In this document: in pieces, positions 49,206 to 58,940 of the stretch
Layout: each line of letters begins with the position of its first letter
Position numbering within the stretch: the first letter of the stretch is position 1
DNA from: an uncultured Chloroflexia bacterium
GTDB taxonomy: Bacteria; Chloroflexota; Limnocylindria; QHBO01
DNA length: 64,000 nucleotides
Direction of reading: 5' to 3'
Assembly: GCA_963814375.1 (NCBI GenBank)
Contig: CAWFCQ010000003.1
Location: forward strand, 191,557-255,556
Made by a program: the position numbers and the translations under genes
Notes under the pieces: model-generated
Told to the model about the DNA's origin: nothing
What the model saw: only the letters and a program-made list of their open reading frames with translations
Databases searched by the model: none

Positions 49206-49800
49206 TCAGAACTCGGTCGGCGAGAGCGGCATGACCGTCCGGTCGTGCATCTCGATCGTGTCGATGCCGATCAGGCCGGTGAACGGCGTGCGGAAGCGGT
49301 AGGTGTAGGTCAGGCTCACACCCAGCGAGTCGGGCACCGGGTCGGCGACGCGCGTGCAGGCGGCCCAGCCGACCGATGCCTGCACGTAGTCGATGCGTTC
49401 GCCGTCGACGAGCGGGCCCGGCGTTCGGCGCTGTACGTCCAGCGATTCACCGGCCCCAGCTCCTGGCCGTCCGGCGCCCGCCTTGTAGATGCGGATCTCG
49501 GGCACCTCGGCAAGGTCGATGTCCGACCCCGGGCTGGTCAGGACGCGCTCGACGGCGGCGATGATCTGGGCGTCGATCGTGTCGCACACCGCGGTGTCGC
49601 CCTCGCCGTCCGACAGGCCGGCGCCGGTGCGCGCGCCCTCGCGGCTCGCGTACTCGAGGGTCAGGTGGTGGTCGAAGGCGAAGCCGAACTCGAGCGTGCC
49701 CAGCGTGATCAGCAGCAGGACGGGGAGGATGAGGGCCAGCTCGATCATCGACTGACCGCGCGATCGCTCGGCGCGCCAGCGCGCGAAGCCGCGAGCTCAC
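49206..49800 (-). CDS. TadE-family minor pilin (cassette 3)
   Basis: G|QSMIELALILP..EFG..ASREGAR; YTYRFRTP. Confidence 0.85.
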
Positions 49801-50441
49801 AGCGACGGCTCCATCCGCATCGCGTTCGAGTGCGTGAACTGGAAGCCGCTTCCGCCGAGCGAGATCAGGTTGGCCAGTGGCGTGACCCACGAGTGCGAGT
49901 AGGTGATCGAGACGCCGATCGTGTCGACGCTGTCGTGCGCCGCCACCGCAGCCGGCCAGGACGTCGCAGCGATCGGACTCGGGGTACCCGGCTGCCCCGA
50001 CCATGCGTGTACGGGACGGTGATGCTCGTGCCGTCCGGCATGCTGCAGGTGGTGCTGCCCGTGCGCCGATAGAGGTTGACGGGGTTGCCCGGCATGACGG
50101 CACCGGTATCGGTCGCCCAGTAGACGCGGACCTCGTCGATCCGCGCGTTGCTCGCGGGGGCGCTGATGTCGGACTCGACGCTCTGGAGAATGATGCAGTC
50201 GGACCCGGCGTCGGCCGCGGCCTCGGCGGCGAGCAGTGCGGCGTCACGGCTGGCGAAGTTCACGGCCAGGAGCGCGTTGAAGCGACGTCCCGAACTCGAG
50301 CATCCCGATGACGATCAGGATGAAGATCGGGAAGATGAGCATGAACTCGACCATCGACTGGCCCCGCTCGGCTGCGGCGCACGATCGTGCGCGGCCGACG
50401 CCGCGGATTCGAGTCTTCTGCCCCCGTGTCGTGAACAGCAT
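49797..50441 (-). CDS. TadE-family minor pilin (cassette 3; frameshifted)
   Basis: ERG|QSMVEFMLIFP..LEFG; ASRDAAL; MRMEP. Confidence 0.82.
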
Positions 50442-50785
50442 TCGGGTCTCACCTAAGGACGGAGCGAGATGACCAGGACGCTACGGGCGCTTGCTTGCTC
50501 GGCGACTGACAAATCTGAGCGCAGGCTAGGCAAGCCGTACCAAGTCGGCCATGAGCCTTTCGGCGACCGCGGGCGCCAACCGTCCTGTGCGGAGAAGGTG
50601 GGCTGGATGCTCGCTGGTGCGAGCCGATCGCGTTAGGGGTGGACGCGGATCGGCGCCCTGGACGCCGCCCGCGGCGAGGATGCTGTTGCTTCCGGGCAGC
50701 GAAGCCCTAACGCCGATGCGGCGAGGGCCGCAGGACCGCGCGCTGACGAGAGCAGACGCCGCATCGGTGCTGCGATGATGCCGGC

Positions 50786-51205
50786 ATGAGCGACAGCCCA
50801 GGCCTGATGCGCGTCGAGAACGTGACCCGCGGAACGGTCGTCGGCTCGCGCATCCGCGTCGCCAGCTCGCTCATCGACCGCAGCGTCGGCCTGCTGTCGC
50901 GAGCCGGCCTCGCCGAGGGCGAAGGGCTGTGGATCGAGCGGTCGCCGTCGATCCACATGTTCTTCATGCGCTTCGCCATCGACGCGGTCTTCATCGCCGA
51001 TGACGGCCGGGTGACGAAGGTCGTGCCGAACCTGAAGCCGTGGCGCGTCGTGTGGTGGGCGCGTGGCGCCCGCGACTGCCTCGAGCTTCCGTCAGGCGCG
51101 GCAGCAGCGAGCCAGACGGAGGTCGGGGACAACGCTTCGCCTTGTCCCGAACAGCGACGAGGCGACCGCCGAGCCTTCCGACTCGGCGGCCGCCTCCTGA
51201 GGTAG
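50786..51205 (+). CDS. DUF192 domain protein (3' end probably frameshifted)
   Basis: GLL..L..GEGLWI, IHMFFMRFAIDAVF, LELPSG. Confidence 0.88.
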   Translation: MSDSPGLMRVENVTRGTVVGSRIRVASSLIDRSVGLLSRAGLAEGEGLWIERSPSIHMFFMRFAIDAVFIADDGRVTKVVPNLKPWRVVWWARGARDCLELPSGAAAASQTEVGDNASPCPEQRRGDRRAFRLGGRLLR

Positions 51206-51234
51206 CCGCGCGCGGCAGTCCTGGCCGCCGCCCG

Positions 51235-52206
51235 TCAGTCGACGAGCTTCAGCACATACGTTCCGAGGAACCGTGGGCAGTCGTTGAGCGAGCAGTTCGT
51301 CACGCTCAACCGCTGGTGGACGAAGGGGCTGACGAAGTAGCCGACGACATCCTTGGCACTTCCCCCTGCCGCGGAGACGACATGGAAGGTAGCCCAGCCC
51401 TGGAAGTTTCCGTTGTCGTCGACAACCGGCACCACGACATCCAGGCCGCGAAGGCCTGGCGGATTGTCCGTCGGAAGGGCGTTCACGTCACTGAATAGGG
51501 CCGTGTGGTTGCCGTTGTTGTGCTGGCCGATGTACTCGCCGAACTCGAGCGTCTTGTTGATCACCAGCTCGCCCTGGATGATCTTGCGCACCTGCGTTCG
51601 TGTTGACGTTGCCCGTGCCGTAGTTCGTCCAGGCGAGGTCGCCCGGACCCGGTCGGCACGTCTCCGTTCGTCTCTCCGAAGTGGAATGGCGCACCCGGAT
51701 TGCCGTAGGCGGCCTTGGGCGTGCCATTCGTGTTGAAGGCATCGATGCTGAAGATCATCGGTGCAGCACCCTCGGCGGTGTCCGGGAATCCGGCGAGCGC
51801 CGTCGCGGTGGTCGCCACATCCATCGTGTCGATTCCGACGATCGAGCCGAAGTTGTTGTGGTGGGGCGCACCGACAAGGACCGTGACCTCGGCCCCGTTG
51901 GTCGTATCGATGGTGACGTCGACCGTGACGTCGTCTGAGCCGTCCGTCCATCCGTTGCCGGCCGCCGACGCCTTGGCCGCATTGACCGCTGTGGCGCTGT
52001 CGTTGGTGAGCATGTAGGCGTTGGCACCTGCCATCGCGGCGAGGTCGGACGCGTTCTGCTGGGACCGCCGCTGGGCGAAGGCCGAGCCGCCATCCAGGAT
52101 GAGGCCGACCATCGCGACGATCACGACGAGCGCCACGCCGAAGATGACGAGGATCTGGCCCACGTTCGTCGCGCGAAGCGCGATCTCTGAAGTCGAATCT
52201 GAACAC
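51235..52206 (-). CDS. TadG-like minor pilin (cassette 2; frameshifted)
   Basis: G|QILVIFGVAL..LDGG..QNASDLAAMAGA; C-terminal VVPVVD..GWATFH..LKLVD. Confidence 0.82.
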   Translation of the reverse strand: MFRFDFRDRASRDERGPDPRHLRRGARRDRRDGRPHPGWRLGLRPAAVPAERVRPRRDGRCQRLHAHQRQRHSGQCGQGVGGRQRMDGRLRRRHGRRHHRYDQRGRGHGPCRCAPPQQLRLDRRNRHDGCGDHRDGARRIPGHRRGCCTDDLQHRCLQHEWHAQGRLRQSGCAIPLRRDERRRADRVRATSPGRTTARATSTRTQVRKIIQGELVINKTLEFGEYIGQHNNGNHTALFSDVNALPTDNPPGLRGLDVVVPVVDDNGNFQGWATFHVVSAAGGSAKDVVGYFVSPFVHQRLSVTNCSLNDCPRFLGTYVLKLVD

Positions 52207-52227
52207 CTTGATTACCTCAACGGATGA

Positions 52228-52667
52228 TTACGGGATCTGGACAGTGCTGCTGGAGGTGAGCTCCAGCGACATGAGGTTGAAGATCGGGGTGACTGGGCTG
52301 TACTGGGCCGTCGTCTCGACCTGGACCCAGTTTCCGGGAAGGCACACACCAGCCCCGAGAGCGGAACGCTGTCGCCCTCGATGTCGACGCACGAGAAGTC
52401 GGGCGCCTCGAGCTCGAAGATGAGGTCCCGCTGGCCGTCGACGACGTCCGTGGTCTCCGAGCTCGCTCCGAGCGGAGTCCCCGGATGAACGCTCGTCACC
52501 CGCGCGATCTCGCGCGCCGCCTGCGACACGCCGTTGTACATGAAGATCGCGCGGCCGAAGTCCAGCACGCCCAGCATCAGCGCGAGGAAGACCAGCAGGG
52601 TGAGCGCGAACTCGACCATCGCCTGCCCGCGGCGGGCATCGGTGGCCGGCTCAGTTGTTCGTGACAA
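52228..52667 (-). CDS. TadE-family minor pilin (cassette 2)
   Basis: RRG|QAMVEFAL..LDFGRA..AAREIAR. Confidence 0.85.
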
Positions 52668-53535
52668 CGATCACCCTCTGCTCTGTATCCGTGCCCATCG
52701 TGTTGGAGACCGAGAGGACGACGGTGTAGTCGCCCTTCTTGGTGTAGATGTGCGACGCGTTCTGCCCGGACGACAGAGCCGCTACCGTCGCCGAAGTTCC
52801 ACGAGAAGATCGGGTTGCAGGCGGGGTTGGACATGTTCGTCGACGTGTTGGTGAACTGGAAGTTCGTCTGATCCTTCACTGCCGGAGCGTCGGGCTCACG
52901 GTGAAGTTCGCGGTCGGCACGGCACACGGCGGCGGAGCCGGCGTCGGTGTTGGCGTCGGCGTCGGGCTGACGCTTACCGATGGCGTCGGCGTCGGGGTTG
53001 CGAATGGCGTCGGCGGTCGGTGAAGGCGTCGGCGTCGGGGTGCTCACCGCGCCTCCGGTCGGCGTCATCGCGATCGTCGCGATGGCCTCAGCGCTCAGGG
53101 TCAAGTCCGTCCCGCCGGTGAAGAGCGCCATCAGCGGCGTGAGCAGCGAGAATTCGCCCTCGACCTCGCACCGCGACCTTGTGCGGGGACGCGGTCGTTC
53201 CGGGGGTGCACGAAGGCGTGCACGTCACCGAGATGTCGTCGGGGGTAGCGGCGACGTCGGATCCGTCGAGCTCGGTGAGCACGCGGCACGTGATCCGGTT
53301 GTCGACTGGATCGCAGTCATCGCCCGGCCGAGAACGAGGTCGGCTTGAACATCCCCTCCATCGCGCCTTCGCGAGCGGCGTTCTCGATCGTGATCTGGGA
53401 CTGCCAGACACGGCCGAGGTCGATCGCTCCGACGAGGAGAAGCGAGAGAACCGGAGCGATGAGCGCGAGCTCGACGAGGGCCTGTCCGCGCGGCACGCGC
53501 CGCAGGTGCCGGCTCAGACGGCGTGGGGTGACCAT
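52651..53535 (-). CDS. TadE-family minor pilin with Pro/Thr linker and PKD domain (cassette 2; frameshifted)
   Basis: RG|QALVELAL..IDLGR..AAREGA; PTPTP linker; FTNTS..FSWNFGDGSG..HIY. Confidence 0.8.
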
Positions 53536-53591
53536 GTTTCCCTCAGGTAACGGGCAGCAGGTAGTCCCTGAGTGGGAAGCTATCTGGGGAC

Positions 53592-53624
53592 ACCCTAACG
53601 TCCCATCCTTGCAACCAACCTTGC
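53592..53624 (-). promoter_or_regulatory. Promoter GCAAGG-N6-GCAAGG-N9-TAGGGT of Tad cassette 2
   Basis: Reverse complement of ACCCTA-ACGTCCCAT-CCTTGC-AACCAA-CCTTGC. Confidence 0.65.
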
Positions 53625-53722
53625 GTGCAGCGGTACTGGTGGTGCGTGGACGCACCAGCCCCTAACAAGCGGGTCTTCTGTGCGTTGTGGGGACGATGCG
53701 GCGACGGGAGCGCTGAATGGAA

Positions 53723-53749
53723 GCACCCCGGCGATGCGCGCCGGGGTGC
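53723..53749 (-). terminator. Hairpin ending Tad cassette 1
   Basis: GCACCCCGGCG-ATGCG-CGCCGGGGTGC. Confidence 0.7.
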
Positions 53750-53774
53750 GTCGTCGACTCGAGAGTCCGATCCG

Positions 53775-55022
53775 TTAGCTCAGTGGATGAGCTGAACTCC
53801 AATCAGACCGCGTGTTCGCGTTCGCCCCGACGTTTCCCGTGATCGTCGTGTTCGTGATGAAGTCGACGAACCGACCGACCAGGCAGCTGGTGGCACCGTT
53901 GCCGGTGTCACAGGTGGACTTGTTGTTGCCCTGGATGTAGTGGCCGTGGTCGTAGCCCGTGCACCAGTTGGGCGTACCGCCACAGAACTGGAAGGCGGCG
54001 AACTGCGGCAGGTGATACCACTGGTTCTGCCCATGCCCACCGACATTCGCCGGCGGACATCCACCGAGGCCGGTGCCAGGTGTGTCGTTGCAGGTACCGT
54101 CGAACTGCGGGATGAGCACGGTCTTGCCATCCCAGAAGCGCAGAGCATCCTCGATCGAGTTCGTATTACCGGGCTCGGTCACCTCATTCCAGGAGGGCAG
54201 GTCGATCGGCGGATTATTCGGGTTCAAGATCGATGCGCGCTGCTCACTAGCTCCACCACCGGGCGGTGTCCAATCGATCCAGCCGACATTCCCAGGGCTG
54301 TGCTTGCAGAGGGGAACCACATAAGGATCCGCAGTGTTCAAGACCCATTCGTCGGTTGTCGGAGCTGCATTCCCATTCGACGAACAGGACTGGATCGTCA
54401 CAGGGAATGTGACCGGAAGCACGTTGCAACCCGACTCTGCTGAGCACACATCCTCGAGATAGCCCGCCACTGCCGTGGCATTGGCATTGGTTGTGAGCTC
54501 ATCGAAGCCGAGGATGCCCGCGAAGAACGTGCCGAACGCCTTCTCACCGACAGCGCGGACGCCATAAGTGCCAGTCGGAATCACCCCGTCGCCCAACTGA
54601 GCGGCCTGCGCTGTGTCGGCGGTAACGCCTCCTCCGGGGGTCAGCATGCTCCCGCTGAGGTCGGTGTAGTACCCGGTGGCCGCATCGATGGCATTCGCGT
54701 CCACGACCGCGTTGAACTTGGCCAGGACATCTCCGTCATTGGGCGCCGGCGACACGCCGGCCATCCGTTGAGCCAAGACGACCGCTCCGGCCTCAGCGGC
54801 GGCATCGGACGCGTTCTGAGCGTCTCGTTGCTGTGCCCAGGCGTACCCGCCGTCGACGACTAGGGCGACCATGCCGATGAGAGCGATGAGTGCCACCGCC
54901 ACGATGACGAGGACTTGGCCCCGCTCGTCGCGGCGGTGCCAATCTCGGGAATACATGTTCGGGATGCCTCCATGGCTGGGAAGGGGCGCCCTGCGGCAAC
55001 CCTGGGGGGTGTCGTGACTCAT
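53775..55022 (-). CDS. TadG-like minor pilin (cassette 1)
   Basis: ERG|QVLVIVAVAL..VVDGG..QNASDAAAEAGA; PGNVGWIDW; Cys-rich C-terminus. Confidence 0.87.
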   Translation of the reverse strand: MSHDTPQGCRRAPLPSHGGIPNMYSRDWHRRDERGQVLVIVAVALIALIGMVALVVDGGYAWAQQRDAQNASDAAAEAGAVVLAQRMAGVSPAPNDGDVLAKFNAVVDANAIDAATGYYTDLSGSMLTPGGGVTADTAQAAQLGDGVIPTGTYGVRAVGEKAFGTFFAGILGFDELTTNANATAVAGYLEDVCSAESGCNVLPVTFPVTIQSCSSNGNAAPTTDEWVLNTADPYVVPLCKHSPGNVGWIDWTPPGGGASEQRASILNPNNPPIDLPSWNEVTEPGNTNSIEDALRFWDGKTVLIPQFDGTCNDTPGTGLGGCPPANVGGHGQNQWYHLPQFAAFQFCGGTPNWCTGYDHGHYIQGNNKSTCDTGNGATSCLVGRFVDFITNTTITGNVGANANTRSDWSSAHPLS

Positions 55023-55486
55023 GGCGAGACGCGCTCAATCGGCAGCATTGCCGTGGATGACATCTCAATGGTTCCGACGAGGTTGCCGATTAACGGCGTG
55101 GCGGCCGTGTAGTCGTAAGGGACGGTCACCACGGCAACGCAGTTGATCTCGCGGGGATTGCAGGTGTTCGACGGGTCATTCGGATCGTCTGGCCGGCGGA
55201 AGGCGACTTCAACGTCGTCGGGCGCGATCCCGAGGTTGGCCGCGTGCTCCGCCGCCTCACACTCGACGGTCTGGATGGCGCAGTTCACACCCTGGGTCTG
55301 ATCGACGATCGCGAGGCGCGCAGCCTCCCGCGCGGAGTTGGAGATCGTCGAGTAGGCGTAGACGGCACGGCCGAGATCCAGGATCCCCAGCATCATGAGC
55401 ATGAGCACCGGGAGCACGAGGGCGAATTCGACCAGGCTCTGTCCCGCGGAGGCGGGCTTCGGTGCAGCGCGCAGGGGCACCCTCAT
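55019..55486 (-). CDS. TadE-family minor pilin (cassette 1)
   Basis: AG|QSLVEFALVLP..LDLGR..SAREAAR; YDYTAATP. Confidence 0.88.
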   Translation of the reverse strand: MRVPLRAAPKPASAGQSLVEFALVLPVLMLMMLGILDLGRAVYAYSTISNSAREAARLAIVDQTQGVNCAIQTVECEAAEHAANLGIAPDDVEVAFRRPDDPNDPSNTCNPREINCVAVVTVPYDYTAATPLIGNLVGTIEMSSTAMLPIERVSP

Positions 55487-56631
55487 GGCACTACCGGGCT
55501 CAGGGTGATCACCGAGTTGCACGGCTGCTGGCTCCCGCCCACCAGGCTCTGGAAGCCGATCCGCCAGTTGCCGCTCGGATTCGGATTGAAGACCACCGTG
55601 GTGGTAAAGCCGTGTTGCGGAGACGACCAGGTCGACTGCGCGTCGTTCTTCCTTGTGTTGAAGAACTCCGGGACCGGGCAGTTCGGAGACGGCGGTGCGA
55701 CGTGCGTCACAGTCACGGTCGCCGTTTCCTCGATGCACTGTCCGGGTGTGCTGGCGGGCGTGGTGGTCTGCGTGTCCACGATCCGGGTGTCGCTGCCGGC
55801 CGCCGGGCTGAACGCGCCGGTGAATCCATTCGAGGTCCAAGCCGAGCGAGCGGCAGCGACGGTCAGGCCGACCATGCTCGGCACGGTCGCGCAGCCCGGG
55901 ATCGGGCGGCTCATGGGTCAGGGAAACAGTAGCGGTCGGGGTGATGCAGGCGCCGGGGGTCGAGCTTGGATTGGTCGTCTGCCCGGTGACGAGATCGGTG
56001 TCGTCTCCGGCCGCGGGAGTCACCGCTCCGGTGAATCCCGCACCTGTCCATTGCGTCCGTGCGACAGCCAGTGTCAAACCGGTGAGGTCCGGCACTGTCT
56101 TGCATGTCGGGGGAGGCGGCGGGATCGCGCCGCCGACCGGCACGCCGGAATCGTCCCGGCGCGAACCGGGAAGCTGGAGGAGGCGGCGATCTCGAAGGGG
56201 GCAAGCGGAACGATCGTTCGGAACGTGCACTCGATCGTGACGGTGGCGATATCTTCGAACTCAGGGTCGACAACCGGAGCTCCGGCCTGGTCGGTGAACG
56301 TCGGCGGGTCCACGTCGAGCGGTGAGGGCTGACAGTTCAGATTCGCCGCGTCGTTCTGGACCATCTCGACGTAGTCGACGACAGCAGGGTCGGTCGGCAC
56401 GGTCCACGCTGCATCCGCATGGGTCGCCGCGAAGTTCGCGGCCACGCGTGACGCGTTGTGGACACCGACCCATCCGAAGAAGACGCGACCGAAATCAACC
56501 GCGATGACCAGCAGCACAGCGAGCAGCCCGACGATCATCGCGAACTCGACCATCGCCTGGCCACGTCCGTGACTTCTTGACTGCTCGGCATCGACGGGAA
56601 GTTGCGGCCCGCGTCGCTTGCTCAAGGGCAT
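55483..56631 (-). CDS. TadE-family minor pilin fused to three PASTA-like domains (cassette 1; frameshifted)
   Basis: RG|QAMVEF..VDFGR; then CKTVPDLTGLTLAVAR..W..GF, CATVPSMVGLTVAAAR..W..GF, CPVPEFFN..A..W..GF. Confidence 0.78.
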
Positions 56632-56699
56632 GGGGTGCCACCTGTGGTCGGGGCACCGGGGCAGCGGTGATGCCGAAATCTATCCGCTAAGTAGTCCGG

Positions 56700-56732
56700 A
56701 CCTTAGGCGATCGACCTTGCAAGGGACCTTGC
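56700..56732 (-). promoter_or_regulatory. Promoter GCAAGG-N6-GCAAGG-N9-TAAGGT of Tad cassette 1
   Basis: Reverse complement of ACCTTA-GGCGATCGA-CCTTGC-AAGGGA-CCTTGC. Confidence 0.65.
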
Positions 56733-56768
56733 ATGGCCCGATGGGTGTCGGACGAATGTCCGGAAGTC

Positions 56769-57040
56769 CTACTCGAGCGGCCCCGCTGGGTTCGGCAGGC
56801 ACGCTGATCGCGACGGTGGTCCCCGAGCCGAGCTGGCTGGCGACGTCGATCGAACCCCCCATGGCGCTCATGATGCCGCGCGCCGCATACAGACCGACAC
56901 CACTGCCATCCGGTGCGAGCTTGCGTGCCTGGCCGGACCGATAGAACTGGTCGAAGGCGCGTTTCAGAGTCTCCCCATCCATTCCCGTCCCATGGTCTTC
57001 GATGCAGTTCTCGAGTGACTCGTGAGCCGATGAAATGGCG
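56769..57040 (-). pseudogene. 3' fragment of a sensor histidine kinase (HATPase_c), cut at the junction
   Basis: IEDHGTGM, AFDQFYR, GSGVGL, GSGTT; no H or N box upstream. Confidence 0.75.
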
Positions 57041-57047
57041 GCCGAGA

Positions 57048-57645
57048 CGCCTATCCCGACCTCTTCCGGTCGCGGCGGTTCTGGGGCGATTCGCTGACGG
57101 CGGCCTCGGCCTCGGGCGCCTTCTTCGCCTTTCTCGGCGGCGGTCCCTGGGTGGCGGCGAGCTGCTCGGGATGAGGCCGTCGTCGCTCGGCCTGCACTTC
57201 GGCTTCGTCGCCGTGGGCTACATGCTCGGCAACTTCCTCTCCGGGCGCTACGCGACGGCGGTGGGCATGAACCGGATGATGCTGGCGGGCGGATTCGTCT
57301 CGACGGCGGGCATCGCGCTTGCGCAAGGGCTCTTCGCGCTCGGGCTGGCGACGCCGTTGAGCTTCTTCGCGGCGATCATGGTCGTCGGGCTCGGCAACGG
57401 CCTGATGATGCCGAACGCCAACGCCGGGGTGGTCTCGGTCCGGCCGCCACCTCGCGGGCTCCGCGTCCGGGCTCGGCGGCGCGATGATGATCGGCGGCGG
57501 CGCGCTTCTGTCGGTGCTGGCCGGGGCGGCGCTCGGGCCGGGGCGCGGCGCCTGGCCGCTCCTCGCGATCATGTTCGCGAACTCGAGCCTCAGCATCGTC
57601 ACGACGCTCGACGTGATCCGGACGGCGAGGCGCCGCGGCCTCTAA
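57048..57645 (+). pseudogene. 3' half of a Bcr/CflA-family MFS exporter, cut at the junction
   Basis: YPDLFRSRRFWG..SGAFFAFLGG, GYMLGNFLSGRY, GNGLMMPNANAG; no 5' half. Confidence 0.8.
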
Positions 57646-57666
57646 TATGAGGCAATGGCCGAGGCC

Positions 57667-58921
57667 TAGTGGCCTGAATCACCTAAAGCGAGGGGTACAG
57701 GCTCTTGAGCTTGATCCGCGCGTCCTCTGTGGTAAAGCGCCAGTTGGCCTTGGCGTGGCAGGCGTTGCGTCGTGCGAGCCAAGCGTCGACCTCGCGCGTC
57801 GAGCGTCGCGGCGTCCTCGATGCGCCGGTCGAGGCATTGGCTGGCGAGGACGGCGAGTTCGGACTCGGCCAGATTGAGCCAGCTGCCGTGCTTGGGCGTG
57901 TAGTGCCACTCGAAGCGCTCGACGATGCGGCGCGCCTCGGCGGGCTCGAACGCCTCGTAGAGCGACGCAGGGCGCGTGCGTGTTGAGGTTGTCCTGCACC
58001 AGCACGATCTTCGGCGGCCCGGGCGAAGTGGATGTCGCTGAGATCGCGCAGGACGTGGGCGAAGTCGATGGCGGTGCGCCGCTCGGTGACCTTGACGTGG
58101 CGCCAGCCTTCGAGCGGCGCGAACAGCATGAACAGGTTGGCGGTGCCGTTGCGCTTGTACTCGTAGTCGTAGCGCGCGGGCTGGCCCGGCCGCATCGGCA
58201 ACGGCTGTCTCGTCTCGGCGACGAGTTGCTTGCGAGGTCTCGTCGAGGCAGACGAGCGGCCGCGTCGGGATCGTGCGGTCGGTGGTAGACCTCGAGCACG
58301 TCCTCCATCGCGGCGACGAAGGCGGCGTTGGCTTTGGGCGGGATCACCCAGTAGTGCTTCAGGTGCGGCTTGAGCTCGTTTTTTTAAGCGCGCGGCCGAC
58401 AGTGTTGAAGTGCGCGGCCGGGACGATCTCGCGCTCGACGACCTTGTCGGCCAGCAGCCGGATGCGACCAGCGCGCGTGGCCCTCGGGCGGCGTCGGAGC
58501 AGGCCAGCGCGGTGAGCTGGGCCTGAGCCTCGCCGTCGAAGATCGGCTTGATCGGCGGCGTTACGCGCTTCTTGCGGGAGAGCACCGCATCGAGCCCCTC
58601 GGTGACGAGCTTCTCGCGCACGCGCGTCACCATCGGAGATGTTGGTGTCGAGCGCCTCGCAAATCTGCTCGTCCTTCCAGCCCTCGCCGCGCCTCGCCCT
58701 GATCTGCCTTCAGCAGGATGCGCGCCTTCAGGATCGCCTTCGCCGAGGCCTTGCCCTTGGAGATCAGCGCCTTCAGCCGCGTCGCGCTCCGCCTGCGCTC
58801 AGCTCGACGATGAATTTCTTGTTGGCCACGACGAGCCCCCTTGTCGGTTGTCTGCCGACAAGGCAAGAATCAGTGTTCGTGGCAGAAAGCAACAGCTCGA
58901 TTTAGGTGGTGCGATCCACTA
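57667..58921. mobile_element. IS630-family insertion sequence
   Basis: Imperfect TIRs TAGTGG-N7-CACCTAAA at both ends, TA duplication in a CTAG context, internal transposase. Confidence 0.9.
57683..58829 (-). CDS. IS630 transposase (A7 slippery site 58379-58385 plus other frameshifts)
   Basis: KARILLKAD, FVAAMEDVLEVY, DYEYKRNGTANLF, LVQDNLNTH, WRFTTEDARIKLKSLYP. Confidence 0.9.
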
Positions 58922-58940
58922 GCTTCTTACGTCGTCCGGC

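Noticed and set aside
56715-56734. Sigma-54 promoter reading of the TTGCA in the GCAAGG motif
   Set aside because: No GG at -24; a TAnnnT -10 at fixed spacing fits better
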